A stretch of DNA of 32,000 nucleotides from contig CAZKBG010000002.1 of the NCBI GenBank assembly GCA_964551375.1, positions 45,558 through 77,557 on the forward strand, read 5' to 3'. The translations under genes and the position numbers were made by a program. Source of the stretch: an uncultured archaeon. GTDB lineage: Archaea; Iainarchaeota; Iainarchaeia; Iainarchaeales; JAAZKV01. Position 1 is the stretch's first letter. Each line of letters begins with the position of its first letter. Shown piece after piece: positions 24,398-32,000 of this stretch. Below the pieces are notes generated by a model, which searched no databases, had not been told where the DNA came from, and worked only from the letters and a program-made list of their open reading frames with translations.

Positions 24398-25468
24398 GTG
24401 GATAATAGAGTGCTGACATTTGTACTAATAAGCATAATTGCATTCTTGTCAGGCTTTGCCGCTTCATACCTCTTTCCAATTCAAACTCCTTTTGTTGATG
24501 TTCCATTCAGCGTTCTTGCAATAGGATTAATCCTTGGAGGGGCCGCTTTTTTTGGATATCTTGGCTTTATTCCAGCACTTCTTTTGGGACTCCAGCTGGG
24601 CGCGGAAAAAAACGCGGCAGTATTCATTTACATTGCGCCTGTAATACTTGCAATTTATGCGGGAACTTATATTGGAGTTTTAATAAACAAAGATTTTGAA
24701 AGAAAAGAAATATTTGCAAAAAAAGCAAAAAATATTATTGTAATAGTGGCAATCGCCCTTGTAATATCATTCGCGGTTGAAATGGCGGTGCCGTACACTG
24801 TAGAGTACTGGCCGAAGGATTATCTTGGGATGAGTGTGGGCGGAGGATATATGTCATATGATTCCGATTTGACAGGGGAAAATATTATTTTAAGGGGAGA
24901 TTCATTAACAATTCCAATTGAATTAAAACAAATAGTTGTTGGAAAGAACAATGCTTCCGTGTTTAACACTTCAACGAATGCGATTTTAAAAATAAAAGAC
25001 GCTGATGAAGGCACGCCAGTTTATGGGGCTGAAGTTACTGCCACAAGCCAGAGCGGAAATGAACATGAATTTATTGAAACTTCAAGCGGAATGTACAAAA
25101 AAGATCAGTTCCCATTCGGAGAACAAGTAACATTAATTGTAAAATCAAAAGGATACGAAGAGTACAATAAAAAAGTTACATTTAACCGCGATATTATAAA
25201 TGAAATCTCGCTTACTCCAGAACCTGTGGGCGAGGAAGCAGAATCAAGCGTTACAATAAGGGTATTTGGAAGCGATGGAAAGACAATAAACCAGGCAAAA
25301 GTAACTGTTTATAATAAAGAAACATCCGCAACACTCCAAATAGGATACACTCAAAACGGACAAATTACGCTTAAAGCAATGACTGGGACAAGACTGAGAA
25401 TAGTTGTTGAAAAAGGAAGCACAGCCGCAGGGCTTATTGGAAAACTTGCGAGCCTTAAAAGAAGATAA
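24398..25468 (+). CDS. Polytopic membrane protein (about 5 TM helices) with C-terminal extracellular beta-sandwich domains (356 aa)
   Basis: GTG start with a strong AGGTGA ribosome binding site. Hydrophobic helices in aa 1-135 include VLTFVLISIIAFLSGFAASYLF, VLAIGLILGGAAFFGYLGFIPALLLGLQLG, VFIYIAPVILAIYAGTYIGVLI and IIVIVAIALVISFAVEMAV. The C-terminal part has carboxypeptidase-regulatory-like modules. Residues 282-341 are about 50% identical, by hand alignment, to residues 249-308 of giant protein 1. Confidence 0.75.
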   Translation: MDNRVLTFVLISIIAFLSGFAASYLFPIQTPFVDVPFSVLAIGLILGGAAFFGYLGFIPALLLGLQLGAEKNAAVFIYIAPVILAIYAGTYIGVLINKDFERKEIFAKKAKNIIVIVAIALVISFAVEMAVPYTVEYWPKDYLGMSVGGGYMSYDSDLTGENIILRGDSLTIPIELKQIVVGKNNASVFNTSTNAILKIKDADEGTPVYGAEVTATSQSGNEHEFIETSSGMYKKDQFPFGEQVTLIVKSKGYEEYNKKVTFNRDIINEISLTPEPVGEEAESSVTIRVFGSDGKTINQAKVTVYNKETSATLQIGYTQNGQITLKAMTGTRLRIVVEKGSTAAGLIGKLASLKRR

Positions 25469-25469
25469 T

Positions 25470-25560
25470 TTTAAAAAAGCATGAAAATTTAGCAAATTGC
25501 CAAAAATTTTGCAAAAATTTTATTAAAATCAAAATTTTTCTCAAAAATTAAAATAAATTG
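25470..25560. repeat. Phased AnTn tracts upstream of giant gene 3
   Basis: CAAAAATTTT occurs at 25501-25510 and again at 25512-25521. Further A4-6/T3-5 tracts start near 25473, 25484, 25525, 25531 and 25543, so many fall roughly one helical turn apart. Confidence 0.5.
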
Positions 25561-25580
25561 AGTTTAATTGAAGCTTATAG

Positions 25581-25596
25581 AAAGGTATTTATATAG
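25581..25596 (+). promoter_or_regulatory. BRE/TATA-like promoter element for giant gene 3
   Basis: AAAGGTATTTATATAG lies about 50 nt upstream of ATG 25644. Confidence 0.3.
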
Positions 25597-25643
25597 TTGA
25601 AACATTAATTTTATGGTATCGAGCAAAATACGGACGCATTGAT

Positions 25644-28600
25644 ATGGGCATTGGGGAATCGCTAAAAGGAATATACTATTCTGGCGAAGAAAAGTGGTAT
25701 GCTTTCTGGGATAAAGTGGACGCACACATTCCTGTTTACAAAGTAATTGACCCAATTGATTCAGTAATACCGACATTTGCGCTGTTTTTGATTATTATCT
25801 TTTTAATTTTATTATTCGCAGGATATGCGCTTCTTGGCGGAATAGCTCCTGCAACCGCGACTCTAAAACTAAGCGTTGTTGACAGCGACGGAATGGGAGT
25901 AAGCGGAGCAACAGTGACTGTTGAAGGAGTTGATGGCGAATTCTACTCAAACGACTTCGGATTAATTGAAGACTTAATTGTTCCGTTTAATTCAACGCTT
26001 GAAGTAAATGCGGAGAAAGGCGAGAGCAAAACAACAATTCCAATTACAATTGACGAATTTGAAAAAATTGCAGAAGTAGTGCTTCCAGTTGAAAGAATAA
26101 GCTTTGAGCAGAAAACAATAAGATTCCAGAGCGAAGACGGCGCACTAATCCAAAGCGAATTAAGATTACATTACACATGCTCATCAGGAGTGGCTGCTCC
26201 TGAAGATGTTACAATTTACACAGGCAGCGCGAACTTAGCACAGCCTGCAAATTGCGGAACTCTTGAAGTAGAAGTAACTTCATCAAAATACGAAAGAGCA
26301 AGATTTTCAGTAAGCGGACCATCAGGAGTATTTACACTAAAATTACTTGCGCCGGTTGAAAAAGGACGAGCTACAGTAAACCTAAAATACGAATCAAGAT
26401 TAATCACAGAACAAGTTACAGTTCAGGCATTTAGGGCAGATAATGCATTCCTTCCAGTAAACAGCGCAACAAGCGTAAACGGACAAGTTCAATTTGAACT
26501 TCCACTTGGGGATTACAAATTCAAATCACTAATGCAAAGCGGGTACAAGCAGAAAGAATCATCAGTAGTTTCAATCACAAAAGCAAATTCAAACCCTGTT
26601 ATTGACTTAGATTTGCAGAAAGAAATAATCGGAGTAATTGTAGTTCAGGCAAAAGAAAATGGAGCTGCCTTAAGCGGAGTTCATATGAGCCTGACAAAAA
26701 AACTTCTAACCAGACAAGAGCCTGTAATTGACAGAGACACAAACGAAGGCGGATATGTTCAATTTGAAATTGCGGAAGACGCAAATTACACAGTAACAGC
26801 TACAAAAGATAATTACTGCGAAGTATCAGTTGCAGTATCAATAGGAGACTCAAGAGTAATCTCAATGAAGCAGAATGACTCAACATGCGGATACAAACTA
26901 ATTGCAAGAGTAATAGACCAGGACAATAAGCCGGTAGCTCACGCAAAAGCGGCAATATTCATTGAAACAGCAGAAGATATTTACAAAATGCCAAGAGCAG
27001 AACAAGTAACAGGATACAATGGGGACGCAAACTGGAACCCTGTAAGAAAAACAAACAGCGACGAGAAATTCAAAGTATTCGCATATAAAGCATCATACTC
27101 CGGATGGAGTGAAGCAAGAGTATTTGACTCGCTATCCTCAAGCACTCCATTTGTTGTAAAACTTGAAATCCCGATGGGAACAGTAAAAGTAATAGCAAAA
27201 GACAGAGACGCTAATCCATTGCAGTTTGCAGAAGTTCAGTTATTTGATGAATACGACGGAACAGCAGTAAGCGGCAGAAAATTAATTGAAAACGCTGACG
27301 GCTCAATTGAATTCAACTTAAAAGCTGACAAGAGAGTTTATGCAGTAGTAAAGAAAGAAGGATACGAATCATACACTACACTTCCAACAATGATGGTTGC
27401 AGGCGGAACAATTACATTTGACGTTGAACTATTCAAGCCACCTGTTCAGGAAATCTTTGTTAGATCGCTTGGATTCTTCAAAAACGGAACACCAGTTCTA
27501 AAAGTAGAGCCAAGCCAGGAATACGACGCATTGTTTGAATTAACTGCCCCTTCAACAAAAACATACTCAGAACTTGGATTCTTTGTAAGAATGGGCGCAG
27601 ATAATATGACTAAAACTGAGCTTGATAAAATATTTATCAAAGATGTAATGGCTTCAGGAGTAAAATCAATAGTAACAGGAGCGACTTACAATAAGCCAAT
27701 GGGATACTATAACACTGACTCAAAATACACTAACCTTGAAGAAAGCAAGTGGGCAGAAATAAAATGGCCAATGAACGGATATGTTCCTGGAAAAATCATA
27801 GTAGGAGTAAAAGTAAAAATCAGGCCAACTGCGCAGGCTGAAGAAAGACTTGAACTTGGATACAGAGCATGGGGCAAAACAACAAGCGGAGTATACGAAA
27901 GAGACTTAATTGACGACGAACTTGGAACAAGCCAGAGCTCAACAACAAAACAAGAACTTTACGCTTCAACAAAGCCAGATTACATTACAGTTGGAATGGA
28001 AACACTATGCGATACTCCAGAAAGCGGAAAATCATTCTGTATAACAGCAACTTACACTGATCCAGACGGATTCACAAAAAGCTTCAATGACTCATTTGAC
28101 ACTAAGAACAATACTCCTTACAATGTTTCAATCAAAATCATGAACAACTCAACAGTTGGATTTGATGACGCAAAAATAATGGTTGAAAACCCTGAAGAAA
28201 ATTTATACATGGGCACAATGACAGCAGTAACTCCAAGATTCTCTCCAAGCGAGATAAACGTAAACGGATACGCTACTGACTGGATTGACATGCCAAGATA
28301 TGTAAAGAACTCATCAATTGAAATCCAATCAATGCAATTAACTCCGCAAAAAACAGGGACAGGCACATTGCTTGTAAAAATACGCGAAGGCGCATCAATG
28401 ATTTATGAAAAAGCATTTACAGTAAATATTGCAAGCGACAAGAAATTAACAGTGCGATTCATGAAAGGCGGAGTATTTGGAGACGAAATGCCTAAATTAG
28501 TATCAGGAAAAACTGAACTACTAACAGTTAAAGCATTAAACACAGTAAGCGGATTAGAAGTACAAGACGCAGTAGTAAAATTATTCGACAGATTTGGAAC

Positions 28601-31600
28601 AAAACTATTTGAAGCAACTACAAACAAGCTTGGAGTAGCAACAATACAAATACCAGCATCACTTCCAGGCGAAAGATTAGTTCTTTCAATTGAAAAATCA
28701 GAATACGAAACAGTGAGAAAAGATATTGTAATTGCAGAAGATGTAGTAAGCGTAGACCCAACTTCACTAAACTTCACAGTTAACCCGCAGTCAAAACTAA
28801 CAGATATGAAAACAGTGAAAATCACAAACGAAACAGCAATTGACCTTTATATAAAAAGCATAACACTAACAGGAAAACTAAAGGGAGTTCTTGACGAAGC
28901 CTCAATTTCAGCATGGTTTGAGAACTTTAAAGGAAAGAAAATAAAATCACAAGACTATGAAGAAGTAGTATTCAAAGTAGCAAGCGCAGCAGTAGTTCCA
29001 ACAGCAGAAGACCTTGAAGGAACATTTAACATTACACTAATATCACAGGGAAAAGAATGGGTAAAAGAAATCCCTGCAAAAATCAGAGTAGGACTTGGAA
29101 AAGATGTTGACAACCAATCATGCCTTGAAGTAACAAAAACAATGTGGGACACAACAACAAGAGGAGCGCAGGTTGAAGCATCATTTGAACTAAGAAACAA
29201 CTGCACAGTAAACGGAGCGCCAGTAATTTTGAAAAACATCGGCGCAACAGTATCACAATCAACAACAGTAACAGGCACATTTAATGCGCAGTCAAAGAAC
29301 ATACAAGTAGAACTTGGAAGCGCATTTGCAAGAATATTTAAAACATCAATGGACAAGGGGGAGAAAGTTCCAGTAACAATAAAATTCACCCCAATGCCAG
29401 GCTCAGCAGGAATAGCAACAGGCTCAATAATATTTGAAGCGCTGAATAATACTGACTCAAAAGCGCAGAAACTAACTGCTGAAATGAAATACAATATAAT
29501 TTACGAAAACTTGCAGGACTGCGTAGTGCTTGGAGCAGACGAATTAACAATTGAAGAAGAAGGAAGCGGAACATTTACAGTAAACAATAACTGCAAATCA
29601 AAAGTAGATGTTATACTAAGACCACAAGACTTGCAGGGCTCAATAAATAACACTGACTTTAAATTAAACGCAGGAGAAAACAAAGAAGTAACTGTAAAAT
29701 CATACAAAGGGCAAATAGCAGGAGCATACAATGTAGTTCTTGAAGCAAGAAGCACAGGAGCATCACTTGAACCGGTTGCAAATATTAAAGTAATAATAGA
29801 GCCAAAATCAAGCTGCTTTAAACTTACAAGATACGTTTATGATATATTTGACTACGAAGACAGCGTAAATCCATTTGACGGAATAGACAGAGGATACTTA
29901 ATCAACAACTGCGTTACAAAGAATGTAACAGCAAAAGTAACAGGAACTATTCCTTACGACTCATCAGCAATCCTAAAAACAATGCTATGGGGCGGACTAG
30001 TAGGCGGAGTAACAGCATACTTTAAGACAGGAAAATTTTGGCCAGATTCATGGTTCAACAAAAAGGACCCAAAAGTATCCTCAAATATACAAACAGGATA
30101 CACTGATGTAGCGCACGCTCAAAGATCTGAACTTACAAGAGTAAGCACAGAAATGCAAACAGCAAAAGAAACAAATTACGGACAAATAGACGCTAAACTA
30201 AAGGCGCTTAAGAAACAAGCCGATGACACTAATGCAAAAGTAGTGAATAGATATAACTTAAATCGCGCAGAATGCGAAAAAATCTCAGCTAACCCTGCTG
30301 ATGCTTCAAGAATTGCATGCTTAACAAAAGCAACTTCAATAAAAGCAGACGCTCAAGCAATAATTACAAAACAATACGCTGCCGCTGAAACTGATATTAA
30401 TGCGTTAAGAGAAAAATTAAAGAAAGCTGAAGCAGAGTTCTCAACTCAATTAAAAGCTTCAGGCGAAAAGATGGATTCATACACAGAACAGCAGAGATCA
30501 AACGCTTCATTCCAAGTAGGACAAGGAACTATAAACAATGAGAAAGCAAACAGAGAAATGGACGCAACTCTAAGAGCAAATATTTCAAACTTAAGAAACG
30601 AAATGAACGCAAAGATTGACGCATGGAATGGATACAGAAGCGACTTCATGAACACACTTTACAAGAAATATGAAAAACTTGACTTAAGCGATGTAGAGAA
30701 ACAGAAGAATAACAAAATAACAGCTGATGCGGCTAAACCTGAAAAGTACTCATTAACAACTGCAGCGCTTGACGCAGTAACAGTTGACAAAGTAGAAGAG
30801 AAAGAGTTCTCAACAGCTCCAGCAATTACTGCTATTGACACAACAAAATCAGGACCAAGCCAGATAGCATCAAATGGACTTGCATCAACTAATGCTACAA
30901 CTGTAACTGCGACTGATGTAATAACATCATCAGATGGATATACTTTGATTAAAGATGATGGAACAAATCCAAGCGCGGCTCCAGCTGATTATCAGCCTAT
31001 GAACAGTTTGACAAGCAATATTGGAAGATATTACAGAAATCCTGAAAGTTTAATAGTCCGCCCAACTGGTAATGATTCTTACACAGTAACAAGAAATGAC
31101 GGGCAGTTAATTGGGACTTGGAGTTATAATAATTCAGTTTGGACTGAAACAATTGATTCAAGCACAAATTACTATGATAGTTCATTTAATCACTTAAAGA
31201 AAAATGCTAAAGTTGACGGCTTTTTCCTGCTTGCAACAAGCGGAACAGGAGCTTCAACAGGAAGCACTTCATCTTCTGGCTCAAACTCAAACCAGTCAAG
31301 CGGAATGAACGCAATATTAAACGGAGTAATTGGATACGGAGCAGGCTCGGTAATGCCTAACGGACTTGGCGGAGCACTTGCAGGCGCATTAACTACTGGA
31401 TTTATGCAGTGGATGCAGGCGCAAGACACTACAGTAAATTACAAAGACACTTTCGAAATGAACTGGATTGAATTTGTAAGTGCAACACTGGACAGCCCAA
31501 GCGGAGTAAAAATGGATGTGGGCGAAGCAATGTATGATTATGAAACTTACTACGGAACAACAGTAACTGGAAGCACAGTTTCAGAAACTACAAACGCAAC

Positions 31601-32000
31601 ATACTCAGGAAACATAAAATACAACGCAGAAGCATTGAATGCTACAGTTGGAACAGTGGAAGAAAGAGAATTGACATTCACAAACAGCGGAAAACTAATC
31701 CAGGAAAAGAAATGGACTCCGTTTGTAGGATTAATGACAGTAAAAGGACAAGAAAAAATATATGATACTACTTACAAATATGATGAGATTAAGGAAAAAG
31801 CAATAGAAAGAGGAGACTACGAAGAAGAAGACGGGTTCTTTGACAACTTCTTCTCAGGACCAAACAATGTAGGCGAAATAGCGCAAATAGCCGACTCTGA
31901 TATTGATGTTAACTCGGTAAGATCATACGAAAAGAAATTCCACTTGCTGTTTGAAGCATGGCAGTACGTTGATTGCGGACCAAGAACATACGCTTGCCCA
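25644..32000 (+). CDS. Giant surface protein 3, 3'-truncated by the window edge (at least 2119 codons); absent from the supplied ORF track
   Basis: My own translation of the frame with positions divisible by 3. An in-frame TAG sits at 25578-25580, and the first ATG is at 25644. The ORF track lists no + strand ORF in this interval, and the many short antisense ORFs mirror those inside giants 1 and 2, which is the basis for calling the frame open to base 32000; I hand-translated only 25644 to about 26460, 29880-31440 and the last 30 nt, so the intervening roughly 3.4 kb (about 26460-29880) and 31440-31970 are inferred rather than directly checked. The N-terminus MGIGESLKGIYYSGEEKWYAFWDKVDAHIPVYKVIDPIDSVIPTF plus a TM helix (FALFLIIIFLILLFAGYALLGG) is followed by TATLKLSVVDSDGMGVSGATVTVEG..., paralogous to giants 1 and 2. 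Confidence 0.85.
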   Translation, partial: MGIGESLKGIYYSGEEKWYAFWDKVDAHIPVYKVIDPIDSVIPTFALFLIIIFLILLFAGYALLGGIAPATATLKLSVVDSDGMGVSGATVTVEGVDGEFYSNDFGLIEDLIVPFNSTLEVNAEKGESKTTIPITIDEFEKIAEVVLPVERISFEQKTIRFQSEDGALIQSELRLHYTCSSGVAAPEDVTIYTGSANLAQPANCGTLEVEVTSSKYERARFSVSGPSGVFTLKLLAPVEKGRATVNLKYESRLITEQVTVQAFRADNAFLPVNSATSVNGQVQFELPLGDYKFKSLMQSGYKQKESSVVSITKANSNPVIDLDLQKEIIGVIVVQAKENGAALSGVHMSLTKKLLTRQEPVIDRDTNEGGYVQFEIAEDANYTVTATKDNYCEVSVAVSIGDSRVISMKQNDSTCGYKLIARVIDQDNKPVAHAKAAIFIETAEDIYKMPRAEQVTGYNGDANWNPVRKTNSDEKFKVFAYKASYSGWSEARVFDSLSSSTPFVVKLEIPMGTVKVIAKDRDANPLQFAEVQLFDEYDGTAVSGRKLIENADGSIEFNLKADKRVYAVVKKEGYESYTTLPTMMVAGGTITFDVELFKPPVQEIFVRSLGFFKNGTPVLKVEPSQEYDALFELTAPSTKTYSELGFFVRMGADNMTKTELDKIFIKDVMASGVKSIVTGATYNKPMGYYNTDSKYTNLEESKWAEIKWPMNGYVPGKIIVGVKVKIRPTAQAEERLELGYRAWGKTTSGVYERDLIDDELGTSQSSTTKQELYASTKPDYITVGMETLCDTPESGKSFCITATYTDPDGFTKSFNDSFDTKNNTPYNVSIKIMNNSTVGFDDAKIMVENPEENLYMGTMTAVTPRFSPSEINVNGYATDWIDMPRYVKNSSIEIQSMQLTPQKTGTGTLLVKIREGASMIYEKAFTVNIASDKKLTVRFMKGGVFGDEMPKLVSGKTELLTVKALNTVSGLEVQDAVVKLFDRFGTKLFEATTNKLGVATIQIPASLPGERLVLSIEKSEYETVRKDIVIAEDVVSVDPTSLNFTVNPQSKLTDMKTVKITNETAIDLYIKSITLTGKLKGVLDEASISAWFENFKGKKIKSQDYEEVVFKVASAAVVPTAEDLEGTFNITLISQGKEWVKEIPAKIRVGLGKDVDNQSCLEVTKTMWDTTTRGAQVEASFELRNNCTVNGAPVILKNIGATVSQSTTVTGTFNAQSKNIQVELGSAFARIFKTSMDKGEKVPVTIKFTPMPGSAGIATGSIIFEALNNTDSKAQKLTAEMKYNIIYENLQDCVVLGADELTIEEEGSGTFTVNNNCKSKVDVILRPQDLQGSINNTDFKLNAGENKEVTVKSYKGQIAGAYNVVLEARSTGASLEPVANIKVIIEPKSSCFKLTRYVYDIFDYEDSVNPFDGIDRGYLINNCVTKNVTAKVTGTIPYDSSAILKTMLWGGLVGGVTAYFKTGKFWPDSWFNKKDPKVSSNIQTGYTDVAHAQRSELTRVSTEMQTAKETNYGQIDAKLKALKKQADDTNAKVVNRYNLNRAECEKISANPADASRIACLTKATSIKADAQAIITKQYAAAETDINALREKLKKAEAEFSTQLKASGEKMDSYTEQQRSNASFQVGQGTINNEKANREMDATLRANISNLRNEMNAKIDAWNGYRSDFMNTLYKKYEKLDLSDVEKQKNNKITADAAKPEKYSLTTAALDAVTVDKVEEKEFSTAPAITAIDTTKSGPSQIASNGLASTNATTVTATDVITSSDGYTLIKDDGTNPSAAPADYQPMNSLTSNIGRYYRNPESLIVRPTGNDSYTVTRNDGQLIGTWSYNNSVWTETIDSSTNYYDSSFNHLKKNAKVDGFFLLATSGTGASTGSTSSSGSNSNQSSGMNAILNGVIGYGAGSVMPNGLGGALAGALTTGFMQWMQAQDTTVNYKDTFEMNWIEFVSATLDSPSGVKMDVGEAMYDYETYYGTTVTGSTVSETTNATYSGNIKYNAEALNATVGTVEERELTFTNSGKLIQEKKWTPFVGLMTVKGQEKIYDTTYKYDEIKEKAIERGDYEEEDGFFDNFFSGPNNVGEIAQIADSDIDVNSVRSYEKKFHLLFEAWQYVDCGPRTYACP

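Noticed and set aside
6204-31429. Dozens of minus-strand or off-frame ORFs of 60-224 aa embedded in the giant genes, for example 11217-11891 (-), 10524-10961 (-), 20129-20563 (-), 28403-28825 (-) and 28955-29494 (-).
   Set aside because: All lie wholly inside long sense ORFs that have paralog support. They are rich in Ser, Phe, Ile and Leu, as expected for the antisense of A-rich coding sequence. None has a promoter or ribosome binding site context.
6007-32000. Diversity-generating retroelement targeting the giant proteins (a TR/VR pair plus reverse transcriptase), as described for some DPANN surface proteins.
   Set aside because: No reverse transcriptase ORF is present. I could not find a ~100-bp near-identical repeat pair with adenine-specific mismatches by eye. 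The C-termini of giants 1 and 2 do not look like C-type lectin variable regions. A computational self-alignment would be needed to exclude it fully.
1-32000. Alternative genetic code or stop-codon recoding, often seen with giant ORFs in small-genome lineages.
   Set aside because: TAA and TGA both terminate well-supported genes here; for example TGA ends the gene at 1255-1257 and TAA ends several others. The giant ORFs are uninterrupted under the standard code, so nothing needs recoding.

Overview
AT-rich archaeal window. The archaeal call rests on an aCPSF1-type RNase fragment, a FlaI/PilB-type ATPase, an archaeosortase-like protein, BRE/TATA-like promoters and GGTGA-type ribosome binding sites. 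The gene content resembles small-genome, DPANN-like archaea, but that is inference only. All calls come from reading motifs by eye; no database search was run.

Layout:
- 1-441: 3' end of a housekeeping beta-CASP RNase gene.
- 580-2782: three tandem paralogous genes for small membrane-anchored proteins with long uninterrupted collagen-like Gly-X-Y tracts.
- 2820-5123, minus strand: a 767-aa type II/IV secretion / type IV pilus family ATPase.
- 5277-5918: a short exosortase/archaeosortase-like membrane protein, divergently transcribed from the ATPase.
- 6007-14883, 16641-24212 and 25644->32000: three giant paralogous surface proteins. The third is missing from the supplied ORF track because it runs off the window. 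Together they take about 71% of the window.
- Between the giants: a 488-aa protein with a class III (type IV pilin-like) signal peptide (15030-16496) and a polytopic membrane protein with beta-sandwich domains (24398-25468).

The main hypothesis is that the region from 580 onward is an uncharacterised cell-surface / host-attachment island. No rRNA, tRNA, CRISPR array, transposase or reverse transcriptase was seen.
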